Of a stretch of 56,508 nucleotides of DNA, positions 1 to 13,589 are shown one piece after another. The number at the start of each line of letters is the position of its first letter. Position 1 is the stretch's first letter. The notes beneath the pieces are model-generated. The model was not told the origin of the DNA. It searched no databases and saw only the letters and a list, made by a program, of their open reading frames with translations. The stretch lies in contig NW_021832572.1 of the NCBI RefSeq assembly GCF_006345805.1, forward strand, positions 1 through 56,508. The letters are read 5' to 3'. The DNA is from Octopus sinensis (taxonomy: Eukaryota). Position numbers and translations under genes: made by a program.

Positions 1-121
1 TTAAATCTAAATTTAAAATGAGAGTGAGAAATTAGATATTAATTTAATTAACATCGATTTCACACCTGTGGTCAAGCATATAAAAAAAATGAAGGTTCAG
101 TAAAATTGTATTATATACATT

Positions 122-187
122 TTAGAGGGAAACCACTATGTGGACACCCTTGTGCATAAAGGTGTCCACATAGTGGTTTCCCTCTAA
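122..187. repeat. Perfect inverted repeat, 27-bp arms, 12-nt spacer
   Basis: ttagagggaaaccactatgtggacacc / ggtgtccacatagtggtttccctctaa. Confidence 0.95.
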
Positions 188-432
188 TATATATATATAT
201 ATATATTCAAAATACGACCATCAGGGCACTCCAGATTCTCCCATCCCCCTTTCCCCACCAGCCTTCTTCCTCTACTACCCTTCCAAGAACTCACAACGAC
301 CTCCGACACACAAGTGCAAACATGGGAGTCAGAGAAAGGCAGAATGCCACTTAAATCTGAACACTACTATAGAAATATTCTTTTAAAAAAACTTTTCTTC
401 TAATTTTTCTAAATTTAATTATTTAATCGTTA

Positions 433-470
433 CGGTTGAAAAGGTCTCAAAATGACCGAAACCGGTACTG
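433..470 (+). ncRNA. Decayed minimal type I hammerhead ribozyme motif
   Basis: cgg TTGAAAA ggtc-tcaaaat-gacc GAAA ccgg TA ctg. Stem II, GAAA and the palindromic stem III are intact, but the core differs from CUGANGA at two positions. Confidence 0.5.
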
Positions 471-519
471 AAATGTTCACTATAAAATTATTTTAGCATT
501 TTCTATTTTTGACTTGTTT

Positions 520-583
<64 letters not shown>

Positions 584-660
584 TATTATCCTTATAATTC
601 TGGTGTCTTTAACTTAAGTACCATATTCATCTGACTCTAAATTTTGCTGAACTTATATAT

Positions 661-708
661 TCTTTTATATGCTTTAGCATTGAGGCTGCGGCTATGCTAG
701 GGCACCGC
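661..708 (-). mobile_element. Isolated retroposon 3' tail (SINE/CR1-type shared tail)
   Basis: Reverse complement gcggtgccctagcatagccgcagcctcaatgctaaagcatataaaaga matches the tail shared by SINE family 1 and the CR1-type LINEs. Confidence 0.6.
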
Positions 709-821
709 AATTGTGATCCCTTTTTCATTGGCCAACAACAGGAGTAACTCCACCAACAACAACGTCTACATCACCAGTACCAAAAGGTGAGTGTCGTACG
801 TCAAAGTAACAGCAACATATA

Positions 822-918
822 TATATGAAGACGAAAAATGTTTATAATTATATAATTATATAATTTTACATTAAAATTATATAATTATATAATTATAAAC
901 GTTTTTCGTCTTCATATA
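822..918. repeat. Inverted repeat, 47-bp arms, 3-nt loop
   Basis: tatatgaagacgaaaaatgtttataatt... / ...aattataaacgtttttcgtcttcatata; one T/G mismatch. Confidence 0.9.
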
Positions 919-1267
919 AATATATGATAACGTTGTTTAATAACGATTTCTAACACGATATTGATTCCTTACATAAGATTGTGGATAATTAAGACATGCA
1001 CTATACATGTAATATATAGAAGCACTATAAATTCCACACAAACTTGGTTTACTTGTCTCATTTTATTTAACATATGCATGCTTACACAAGACCTGTATTG
1101 GACACCTTACTCGTATCATTATCGAACCGAGAGTTCTCACAAGCACTACAGTCCTCCCGTAGCACTTACGTAGCCTTAGCAGCCATCTTCGTTTCTGGAT
1201 ACCAATACCTCCTATATATTATATTAATAAATGTGTGCATGTATGTGTGTGTACATATATACTAATT

Positions 1268-1270
1268 ATG

Positions 1271-1345
<75 letters not shown>
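1268..1345. repeat. (AAT)n microsatellite
   Basis: Direct reading. Confidence 0.95.
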
Positions 1346-1427
1346 TTATGAGGGAATATTATTTCAAACTTACAGGGAAAAATTCAATTTAGAAATACTA
1401 AATCAAATTTCACAATATGTATATATA

Positions 1428-1476
<49 letters not shown>

Positions 1477-2012
1477 ATATATAATATATATATATATGTA
1501 TATATAAATTAGAAAAAACACCTTTTATCAATTTAATAATGAAAAAATTAAATTATACCATTTAGAAAAAGATTACATCTTATAGAAAGATTAAATAAAA
1601 TATAAAGCATATACAACTGATTACGTAAAGTGCAAAATAAAAATAATAGTTATAATTAAAAAGTATATATTTGGTAGAAAAACTACACGTGTTCCGTGGA
1701 TTTATTTAAGAAATGATAACAGTAAAATTAATTCAATATAAATATAGTCACTCTTCACGTTAAAGATAAATTAATTAATTTGATAAATTAATAAATATAC
1801 GTATATAATCTTGTAAAATACGAAATATCTTAAGAAATATATTCTTGTGTAAGTAAAAAATAGAATAAATTGGTATAGATATTTATTATATCTATAAAAA
1901 TAAAATTTTAACATATTCAAGAAAAGAATAATCTATAATATATCTTTACTAGAAAATAAATTACAATCAATTAAATTATTTAAAACAAATATATATACAT
2001 ACATACATACAT

Positions 2013-2116
<104 letters not shown>

Positions 2117-2136
2117 TATAATATATATATATATAC

Positions 2137-2185
<49 letters not shown>

Positions 2186-2381
2186 CATATATATACATAT
2201 ACATATATACATATATATATATAATATATATATATAATACATCATGCACATTAAATGAAAACTAAACACTATAATTTGATCGATATACAATAAGTTAAAT
2301 TATTAATAAATTTATAGTTTATCTAATAAACTATAATATATCATTACTAGAAAATAAAATACAATTAATTAAGTTATTGAA

Positions 2382-2444
<63 letters not shown>

Positions 2445-2922
2445 ATATAATACAAAATATGCATTAAGTGAAAAGTAAATACTACAATTTTGTCGATATA
2501 TTATAAATAAAATTATTAATTAATTAATTAATTAATTAATTTAATAAATATCTAAATAAAATTTTATTCTCATTACGTAATGTATACAAAAAAACTTCAT
2601 GTTAAGTAATATACAGAATGCTAGTACAAGCTAAAAATATTAGAATTAAAAATAGAAAATGGTTCAAATATATACACACCTATATATAAACTATCTATAT
2701 TATTAATGTATATGTAATGTTTATAGATTTAATATTTTATTCTTTTATATAGTTGACCAAAATATCAATTGATATTTAACATATTTACTTAAATGTAATA
2801 CTACGTAATAAATAGACCACCTAACTATTTAATAATATATTGTCTTACAAAACTATTTCTCAAATTAAATTATATATAATACATTAAATCACATTATAAA
2901 AATAATAATAAACATAATAAAT

Positions 2923-3302
2923 GGCGCAGGAGTGGCTGTGTGGTAAGTAGCTTGCTAACCAACCACATGGTTTCGGGTTCAGTCCCACTGCGTGGCATCT
3001 TGGGCAAGTGACTTCTGCTCTAGCCTCGGGTCGACCAAACTGAAAGAAGCCTGTCGTATATATGTATATATATATGTATGTGTGTGTATGTGTTTGTGTG
3101 TCTGTGTTTGTCCCCGAAGCATTGCTTGACAACCGATGCTGGTGTGTTCACGTCCCCGTAACTTAGCGGTTCGGCAAAAGAGACCGATAGAATAAGTACT
3201 GGACTTACAAAGAATAAGTCCTGGGGACGATTTGCTTGACCAAAGGCGGTGCTCCAGCATGGCCACAGTCAAATGACTGAAACAAGTAAAAGAGTAAAAG
3301 AA
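2923..3302 (+). mobile_element. tRNA-derived SINE, family 1
   Basis: A-box-like TGGCTGTGTGG, B-box-like GGTTCAGTCCC, CORE-like TTGGGCAAGTG, internal (TA/TG)n, tail ggcggtgctccagcatggccacagtcaaatgactgaaac plus short repeats. Homologous to 18108-18523. Confidence 0.9.
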
Positions 3303-3583
3303 AAATAGTAAATAAATAGATATACATTTCATAATTAATAATTATCAAGAACTTATATATAAATTATTATTTTAACAACAATAATAATAATAATAATCAA
3401 ACACAATACAATTCAAAAGTTAAATAATATTGTTAAATAAAAAACGTTATTTATCTCGTCGATAAATAGCATTTAACTGAATTTTAAACTTAAAATTAAA
3501 TTAAACTCGTGAAGATGTGGTCTAAAAAGTTAGAGTAAAATTATCAATGAAAATGACGAAACATATTTAATAATGAAAAAGAC

Positions 3584-3620
<37 letters not shown>

Positions 3621-3621
<1 letters not shown>

Positions 3622-3835
3622 TTTTTTATTCTTTTATTCTTGTGTCAAATTCCGTCATTTCACTGCATCCATACTGGAGTACCACATTTGTCGTACAAAT
3701 CGAAACCAGGTCTTATTCTTTGTAAGCCTAGCACCTATTCTATCAGTATCTTTTGCTGAACCGGTGACTTACGGGAATGGAAACACACCAACATCTTTTT
3801 TCAAGCGATGCTGGGGCGATAAACAGACATACAAA
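3621..3835 (-). mobile_element. SINE family 1, 3' half, diverged
   Basis: Reverse complement aligns by eye with the 3' half of 2923-3302 (gatagaataggtgctaggcttacaaagaataagacc). Confidence 0.75.
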
Positions 3836-3900
3836 TATATATATATATAACTAAATAAATAACATTTAGTTATATATATATATATATATATATATAGATG

Positions 3901-3931
<31 letters not shown>

Positions 3932-4135
3932 ATATATGTATATGTATACATTTACAGGTATATGTATATGTATATATACATACATATATACCTGTATATA
4001 TATGTATGTATATGCATTTATATATGCATGTATATATGTATATATATATAGATATTTATATATATATGTATAAATATGTATATACATGTATATATATATA
4101 TATGTATATATATATGTATATATGTATATATAATA

Positions 4136-4780
<645 letters not shown>

Positions 4781-4879
4781 GTATATATATATGTGTGCAT
4801 ATATACATGTATATATATATATATATTATATATATGTATATGTATATATATATATGTATATATATATATATGTATGTAT

Positions 4880-5020
4880 AAATTGAAAGCTGGGTTGAAC
4901 CACAAAACTTTCCTAATCCTAGTTCTACTTGAAGCATTACTGCTAACATTAATTTGGTTATACTGGATCTTCTCAGAGATTCCACTATTCATGAATGAGC
5001 TATTGTAATAAGGTGCATAC
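4880..5020 (-). mobile_element. Penelope-like element small fragment (RT-EN linker)
   Basis: Translates PYYNSSFMNSGISEKIQY...IRKVLWFNPAF, matching the PLE linker motif (WFNPP) and the homologous part of the 50-51 kb PLE. Confidence 0.6.
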
Positions 5021-5638
5021 GTATGTGGTCTGTGTACATCTCTCTCTGTATTTTGATGTATATATGTGTATTGATGATTTAGTATGCGTATATACCATTG
5101 TGAAATATTTAAATTTTTAATGTATTAATTGTATTACTCGAATTATATTTCATATATCATTAATAACAATATGTATTTTGAATCCGCTCTTCGACTTAAG
5201 GTTTTTCCACGATTTTTATATTTTATATTTTATAATTTTATTGAATGCCTTTATTTTGTTTATTTTGTTTCTCGCATGCTTAAGACCGTTATTTGAACAG
5301 GTAAATAGCACACAAATGTCATTCCTACAGGTCATCAAATGAAGTTCAATGAGCATTTCGATCGCTTATTCTGCGGCATGTTACGGCAAGTTTAACACTT
5401 CTATAAGTGACTCTCCACTCAAAGAAAATGAAACACGCTCTAGATTTTCCCTAAATTGGAAATCATTATATCTATTATATTAGTCACGAAAAAATTTTGT
5501 TCATCGTTCATTTCAAAATAAATTTTATTTTACTCTGTCAATATTCTATACAATGAATAAATTTACATGCCATATAATACATATATATCTATCTCTCAAT
5601 ATATATATATATATATATAATATATTATATATATATAG

Positions 5639-5723
<85 letters not shown>

Positions 5724-5763
5724 TATATATATGTATATATATATATATATTATATATATATTA

Positions 5764-5844
<81 letters not shown>

Positions 5845-5859
5845 GTATATGTATATATA

Positions 5860-8796
5860 TTGATTGATTGATTGATTCTAGTTTCAGCTTATGAGCTGTG
5901 GCCATGCTGGGGCACCGCCATTTGGTGTTGCTACTTGGTTTCACTTCATGGAGGATTTCTAGCAACTGCTATTTGGTGCATGAGAGAGTTCGATGCAGCT
6001 GCCCTCATCTGCCCCACCTGACAGGAAGAGATCCAGCTCCATTTTAAAGACATCTGTATCCACCCCATGCAGGTCTCTCAGGTTCTTCGGGAGGATATTG
6101 AAGAGCTGTGGGCCTCGGAAGCCCAGGCTATCACAGAATTTTGTCCTACATCTTGATGGCAAGTTTGGAGTCCTAGGCACCACGCAGTGGCGCCCAGTTC
6201 TGGCATTTGCGTAACTCTCGATGCCAAAGTTCAGGACACTTCCCTCCAGGATCTTCCAGATGTATATTATGGCATATCTTTCCAGCCTACGCTCCAGGGA
6301 ATATAATTTTAATCTCTTGAGTCTTTCCCAGTAGCTTACATTCTGCATAAAGGCTATCTTCTTCGTGTAGCTTCGTTGGATCGCCTCAAGTTCTGTGATC
6401 AACTTGACACTGGATGGTGACCATAGCTGAGAGCAATAGTCAAAGTGGCTTAGGACAAGTGTCTTCCAGAGGACCATCATGGTTTCTTGTTCTCTTGTTC
6501 TAAAGGTTCTAAGAATCCATCCAGCCAGCCGTCTGCATTTCATTGTCAGTTTAGCAACATGTACATGAAAGGTCGCGTCATCACTCATGTGAATACCCAG
6601 GTCCCGCACTGATTGTGCCTCTGGGATTGCAATCCCTCCGGGTCCAGTGTATTCCTTGGGTATTGCATTCAGTTTTGCATGCTGATAGTATAAAGCTTGA
6701 AACTTTTCAGCATTGAACTGCATGCTATTCTTTTCAGCCCACTTGTATATTTCGTCCAGCTCATATTGCAGGTGCCTAGTGTCTTCAGGGTTCTGTATTG
6801 CCTGTGAAACTTTTGTATCATCTGCATAACTTGTGATCGTGGCTCTCCGCGTGGCTGAGGGCATGTCTGAGAGGGCCATTATGAACAGTAGTGGTCCCAA
6901 AACAGTGCCCTGTGGAACACCGCTCACTATTTGCGTGCTAATGGAAGTGGCCCCATTGGCTACTACCACCTGACTTCTATTCTTCAGAAAGTCGTGAAGC
7001 CATTCTCCTAGTTTTCCAACTATGCCAAGATCACGCAGTTTGTGATATATCATTCCATGATCGACTTTATCGAAGGCCTTCGCGAAGTCGAGATATATGA
7101 CTTCCACATTTGAGTGGTTGAGCAGTTGTTTCAGCACCCAGTCATAGTGCTGCAGGAGCTGAGTTAAGCAGCTTCTTCCTGGTCTGAAAACATGTTGGTG
7201 TCAGGCAGCAAGTTATTTTCTTCAAGGAAGGTGATTAGTTTCCTTCTGACTATTCGTTCCATGACCTTGCTGATGTGTGAGGTCAGAGAGATAGGTCTGT
7301 AGTTCTTGGCCTCCGCTCTGCTACCTCCTTTATGAATAGGGCATATTTTACCTTCCTTCAGTTTTCTTGGAAGTTTGCCAGCTGCAAGGAAGCTCTGAAA
7401 GAGGAACTGCAGTGGTCTTGCTAAGACTCTCTTACATACTTTTAGGTGGATTGCCGGGAATCCATCGGGGCCAATAGCTGAGTCTGTTTTCATTTCATCT
7501 ATAGCCTTTATTACATCGTCTTCCTTTATATCGATGTAATTTATCGTCTCCGCCTCTGATTCTATATCTGCAGTGGTAAAGAAGTCAGTTGGATTGGTGA
7601 TTTGGAAATGCCCAAGGGGTGGAGTGAAAACACTCTTGAATTGTTCATTCAGTATTTCACTTACCCTCATTGGTTTTCCTGTGAGTGTGCCATCCTTTTC
7701 AAGGAGTGGCCCTATCCTACAGTGCACCGTAGCTGTTTCTTTGGCATACCTGTAGAAAGCTCTGGGGTTAGTTTTTATGTTGTCTATAGCCCAGGCTTCT
7801 TTGTCTGCTCTTTCCTTCTCATGGGAGAGTTGCAGACAATTTTCAATTTCCAACAGTTTTATTTTCAGGCGGGACTTTTCACTGCTTTCAATTTGTTTGT
7901 TTAGGCGATTTGAAATTTTTGTACGCCGTCTCATTAAAATTTTCCTCTCTCTGGGGATTTTGTTCTTGTGTACAGTGGCCTTTCTCTCTGGGACACATTT
8001 GTAGCATATGGCTTGCATTACAGACATGAATTGTTGGAGTATCATGTCGATGTCCGGCGAGGAGAGACATTCAGGCCAGTTTTGTTTGAGGATCTCTTTC
8101 TCAATTTGTTTCCAGTTTGCCTTATTGAAGTTCAAGCTGAAAGATTCTGAGGTTTTCTTGTAGGCTGCATGTCCGTGCTCTCTTTTGGCCCGTACATGGT
8201 CAGCTCTACCATGTTGTGATCCGAGAGTAGTGTCGGTGTCACTTTCACATTATGGATGAGATCCATCTTATTTGTGAAGCAGAGATCCAGTGTGTTACCT
8301 GCTCTGGTTGGTTGGAGTATTACTTGCTCCATGTACAGGGTGTTGGTGAGGTTCAGGAGGGACCTCGCCTGTCCTCGTTCACATCTTGTCATTCCTGGGA
8401 GAGAAAGGCCCTCGGGCCATCTGACATTCGGTAGATTGAAGTCTCCCATGAGAAGTACACTTATGTGTTGTTCTAATGTGGTTAGAACTTCTTCTATTTT
8501 TAAAAGGCAGTCCTCAAATTTGCCCATATGACTTGGGGCATCTGGAGGGCGATATGTAGCACACACAACTACATCAAGTTGCCTTATGTGTACAATTAGT
8601 GTGTCACACACCGAGTTTGAGTATGACAAAAGGACCTGGGGTGTGAGGTCCCCACGGATGTACATAGCAACTCCTCCATGACTCCTTTCTTTCCTGTCGG
8701 TCCGTAGTACAACATACTGTGGTATGTGTAATTCCGCATCTGCTATGTCCGGTTTCAGATGCGTTTCTGTGAGTGCTATGCATAAGGCTTGATTGC

Positions 8797-8797
<1 letters not shown>
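5860..8797 (-). mobile_element. CR1-type LINE family A, ORF2 (APE endonuclease + RT), frameshifted
   Basis: EN motifs (IALTETH, LMGDFN, DLCF, SDH), RT motifs (YRPISL, YLDFAKAFD, GVPQG, YADD), CR1-type C-terminus YWERLKRLKLYSLERR, (ATCA)n tail. Confidence 0.95.
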
Positions 8798-8831
<34 letters not shown>

Positions 8832-8852
8832 ATTATATATTATATATACATA

Positions 8853-10098
8853 CAGGGTGTCCCAAAAAAATGTATACACACTTTAGCAGCTGATAACTCA
8901 ATTGATATTTTTTCTTTCCAGATGAAACCTATAGGATTTAATGATGGCAGTCAGATTAAGCTTTGAACAAAGAAAATTCATTCTAAAATGATACTGGAAG
9001 TGTGAAAATGCAGTTGAAGTGCAAAAACAGTTGGGGAGGGAGTTTCAAACAGATCCACCAATGCAACTCCCTATCACTTGAATTAGAGATAAGTTTGAAG
9101 CTGATGGAACTGTTCAGAATGTCCACGATAAGCATTCCAGAAAACCCCGAACATCAACACCCCCAATAAAGCAAGGAGTACTGCAAATGAATCACCAAAG
9201 TCCAAGAAAATCTGTGCGGCAAAGCGAGTCATGAGGTAGGTATTCCAAAATCATCTGTCCAATGCATTTTGAAGCATTGTCAATGGAAAAGTTACATTCC
9301 AAGATTAGTCCATGCTATTAATGATGATGATACAGACGAAAGAGTGCAGCATTGCGAGTGGTACTTGGAACGATGTGTAGAAGCTGCACACTTTTCAACA
9401 AAGATTGTGAGGAGTGATGAAGCCACATTCAAATTAAATGGTTCAATTAACTGCCACAATTGCACCTACTGGGGTCCTGAGAATCTGGTTGTTATGGTGA
9501 AACACCATGTTAATTTGATATTTGTGTGGTGTGGTTTATCATCAAGAGGATTAATTGGACCATTCTTTTGTTATGCTACTGTGACTGGTCCCGTTTACTT
9601 GAACTTGTTGCAACAGTGTGTTATGCCAGCATTAGAAAAGACTTTGAAGATGAGGAGTTTTATTTTCAGAAAGATGGGGCACCCCCACACTACCATTGCT
9701 ATGTTAGATCCTTCCTTGATGAGATCTTGCTAACAGGTGGATTGGATGAAGAGGTATGGTTGAACTCACCAGACCTCACACCACTAGACTTTTTTTTATG
9801 GGGATACCTTAAAGACAAATTCTACGCTATGAAACCTACAAATCGCTGATTTGAGAGCAGCCATTGGACGAGAGTGCACACAAATGACAAACAAATTCTT
9901 TTGTGATATTTGTGATTCCATTCCTTTGCGTTGTCAGCAGTGCCTGGACCAGACCGGACATCAGTTTGAAAACAGGCATTGACAAAACAATAAAATAATG
10001 TCTGTAGATTCTATTAAATTTTGAAAATGAAGTGTCTTTTAATAAACAACAACTTTACAATTGTTTAAAGTGTGCATACATTTTTTGGGGACACCCTG
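8853..10098 (+). mobile_element. Tc1/mariner DNA transposon, rosa/DD41D-like, decayed
   Basis: 33-bp TIRs (CAGGGTGTCCC...; 2 mismatches), TA on both sides, transposase motifs SDEATF, DGAPPHY, NRWIG and SPDLTPLDFFLWG, with stops and frameshifts. Confidence 0.9.
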
Positions 10099-10119
10099 TA
10101 TATGTATATATATATATAC

Positions 10120-10157
<38 letters not shown>

Positions 10158-10252
10158 GTATATATGTATATATATAAATATATATATGTGTACATATATA
10201 TATGTATATATATGTGTATATATATATGTATATATGTATATATGTATATATG

Positions 10253-10283
<31 letters not shown>

Positions 10284-10429
10284 GTATATATATTAATATA
10301 TATATATATATATATATGTATATACATATATATATACGTTTATATATTTGTTGTGCAAGATTTTTTATGTGAAGTCGTGTGTTGAAACAGATATTGTTAT
10401 ATTTCGGATTGGCCATTTTGCCAGTTTAG

Positions 10430-11386
10430 CCAATACAGAACCCCAGCGCTGTTGCACACCTGCAGCAGGAGTTGGACTCAATCTACAGATGGGCTGAGGA
10501 TAATAATATGCAGTTTAATGCTGAAAAATTCCAGGCCCTGCGCTACCAGCATCCCAAACTGAATATTAAACTTACAAGATACACCGGTCCACAGGGAATT
10601 TCAATCCCAGAGCCTAAGTCTGTGAGGGACCTGGGTATCGACATGAGTGATGATACCTCTTTCCAAGTGCACATTACCACGATGGCAACAAAGTGCAGAC
10701 GACTGGCTGGGTGGATCCTAAGAACATTCAGAACCAGAAATAAGGAACCCATGATGGTCCTCTGGTGGATATTCGTCCTCAGTCGCCTGGATTACTGCTC
10801 ACAGCTATGGTCACCCACCAGTGTAAAATTAACAGCAGACCTTGAAGCAATCCAGAGAAGATTCACAAAGAAGGTCGTCTCTTTGCAACAGCTCAGCTAC
10901 TGGGAAAGGTTGAAAAAGCTAAGACTCTACTCCCTGGAGAGAAGACGGGAGAGGTATGCAGTAATATATGTCTGGAAGATCTTGGAAGGAATTGTGCTAA
11001 ATTTTGGCATTGTAAGCTACACCAATGCTAGAACGGGACGACACTGCATAGTGCCAAAGATCCCAGCAATGCCATCACGCTTCAGGAACAGCTTCTGCAA
11101 CAGCCTGGGTTTCAAGGGCCCACAGCTTTTTAATATCCTCCCAAAGAGTCTGAGGAACTTGCACAAAGTAGATGTAGCGGTTTTTAAATCAAAGCTGGAC
11201 ATCTTCCTGTCAAGTGTCCCAGACGAACCTACCTCACGGCAAGAAGTGCAAATGAGAGTAGCTGAATCAAACTCCATTCTTCACCAAATGCGACATATTA
11301 GACGAGGTTCGTTGCAATAACAGTGTAGCACAAAACGGCGGTGCATCAGCATGGCCGCAGCTTCAAGCTGAAACTAGAAAAAAAAA
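10430..11386 (+). mobile_element. CR1-type LINE, A-related, 5'-truncated
   Basis: 282-aa ORF matching the RT C-terminal region of family A (SRLDYCSQLW, YWERLKKLRLYSLERRRER), shared 3' stem-loop, poly(A). Confidence 0.92.
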
Positions 11387-11404
11387 CATATATATATATA
11401 TATA

Positions 11405-11481
<77 letters not shown>

Positions 11482-11681
11482 GTACATGTATATATATATT
11501 TCGATAGGTGAATGAATTATCCCATGTTTACCGTGAACATGGAAAATTCAACTAACTCTTACTAGGGCTGCAAATTCACGTTAGAAATACGGTTGAAGCA
11601 ACCTATCCAAAGGTAGCAACTCCGGGTTATGTGCAATAATTTGTGTGTTATAGATGAATAAATAAATAAAGGCTCTCTTTC

Positions 11682-11761
11682 TTTCCTGATGAGAAGATTG
11701 CATCTTACACCGTTTATTTCTTTGGAATAGAACCATGTTGTCTTCGAAACATATGTCGAAA
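11682..11761 (+). ncRNA. Type I hammerhead ribozyme with extended stem/loop II (family H1, copy 1)
   Basis: tttc CTGATGA gaaga-[43 nt]-tcttc GAAA catatg TC gaaa. All core nucleotides present; GUC cleavage triplet. Confidence 0.75.
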
Positions 11762-11815
11762 ATAAAGGAAATTTATTAACATCTACGTTCAACTCCATTT
11801 ATTTATTTATACATC

Positions 11816-11872
<57 letters not shown>

Positions 11873-11925
11873 TATATATATTATATATATATATATATAT
11901 ACATATGTATATGTATACATATATA

Positions 11926-12689
11926 TAACTTAGAATAACTTAGAAAGGTTTTGGCCAGTATTGGCCCAGGCCATGTCTAACTTAGTAGCACCACCTGGCG
12001 AAGTCTTTCAATTAAGGATTTGGGAACCGAGGCCCATTCGAGCAGAGAGTTATTGCTTGCGGAGACATATCCGGGTGTGGGTGGTTTGTCCGGGACTGTT
12101 TGAAGGAATTTGTCCAAAGACTTCTTGAATTTTGTGTAGTCAGTTTCTGTTTTGACGTGTCCTGGTGTAATGTTGAAGAGAGCGGGTCCAATTGAGGTGA
12201 AATAATTGTGCCGTATTGTCGTTATGTGATGCGATTTAGATTTTTGTTGTGGATGGATGGCACATGGTCCAAGCCTTGCATGTATTTTGAAGGTGATGCC
12301 AACATCATTCGGACAGTGCTGATGGAATATTTTCCACATCATACAGATAATGTAGCGTTCACGGCGTCGTTGGAGTGAATACAGTTTCAGCTTCTCTTGT
12401 CTACCCCAGTAGTCAAGGTCTGACATGCCATCTATCTTTTTTGTCATTGACCTTTGGGGAGCTTTATTTCTCATAATATTTTGTTTTGTGTAGGGAGACC
12501 ACAGTGGACAGCAGTATTAAAGGTGAGGTCGGGCAAAAGTGGAGAAGAGAAAGATAATAGCGTGGGAATCTCTCGACTGGAAGGTTCTGAGAATCCAGGA
12601 ACACATTCTGCGGGCCATATCAACTTTGCTGCTTATATGTGTAGCCCAGCTTATGTTGTTGTCCACTGTTACTCCCAAGTCTCTGATGT
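11926..12689 (-). mobile_element. CR1-type LINE family B, 3' fragment
   Basis: ORF 11977-12474 contains [22 protein letters not shown]. Short tandem tail. (TA)n on both sides. Confidence 0.9.
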
Positions 12690-12718
12690 ATATGTATATA
12701 TATATATATATCTATATA

Positions 12719-12781
<63 letters not shown>

Positions 12782-12786
12782 GTAAA

Positions 12787-13230
12787 TCTCTCATTATAAA
12801 AGGCAGATTTTATCTGCCTCCCTTTGGGAGTTATACAAATCTACAATATAGGATTTCTTCAATTACAATTTACCTAGCAGTTTTAAGAGTACAATGCATC
12901 GCGTCATGCCAGGTCCAGTTTTTAAATTTTAAACTCCAATTAAGCAAAATTTACAGAAAACTCACATTCTGGTGTGTGTGTCAAATGCTTTTCTTAGTCT
13001 GGTTTACACCACACGCAAACGCACACACACAGTGGGCAACGAATAAAATGAAAGTAAATGTAATATTTGTTTCTGTCTATCACGCTGATAGATACATGAG
13101 TAAAATGTATGGGAAGCTAACAGATAACAGTGAGTGAAAATGTTCTTGGAAGAGAGTAAATTAGCGACAGTGATTTGAGGAAGACTAAACTGAAACTATG
13201 AAACAGTGTTTATGTATAAACAGACGACAC
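12787..13230 (+). mobile_element. Putative Helitron-like 5' segment
   Basis: Starts TCTCTCATTATAAAAGGCAG, similar to the TCTCTCTATATAAACGGCAG start at 34916. Subterminal hairpin aggcagat-ttt-atctgcct. Right boundary uncertain. Confidence 0.45.
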
Positions 13231-13239
13231 TTATATAAA

Positions 13240-13560
13240 CCCTTTCGTTACCAAACCGCCCGAATTTACCTATTCATATTTAAATGAGAATATCAGAGTA
13301 AATCTCTTTAGTACATTCGTGAAAACACGTATTATACTTCGTAAACACTTCAAATACAGTTTTGTACAAAAATCGAAGTGTAATTTTAATTCCGCGAATT
13401 ATGGGAGATTTTTTTCCGAAATTTGTTCCTATTGTGTTTTCAAAATTTGTAATTCTGACAAAAAATGGATACGAATTTCATTATATCAAGCAGCGAGTCA
13501 GAATTCGAAGGATTTTCTACTGAAGACCTTCATAAATCTAACTCTATGACTGAAAAAAAA
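13240..13560 (+). mobile_element. piggyBac-like left end with transposase N-terminal remnant
   Basis: TAAA|CCCTTTCGTTACC resembles a TTAA|CCC terminus. The acidic MDTNFIISSSESEFEGFSTED at 13465 is typical of a piggyBac N-terminus. Confidence 0.55.
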
Positions 13561-13589
13561 AAGCATCTACGATGTGTCAACGATTTAAA

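Noticed and set aside
1105-1220. GC-richer island closed by gtattgg/ccaatac, considered as a twister or other ribozyme
   Set aside because: No conserved ribozyme core could be matched on either strand by eye; an Rfam scan would settle it.
2923-3000. tRNA-like sequences at the SINE heads (also 14073 and 18129)
   Set aside because: They have A/B boxes but no complete cloverleaf, and they continue into SINE bodies.
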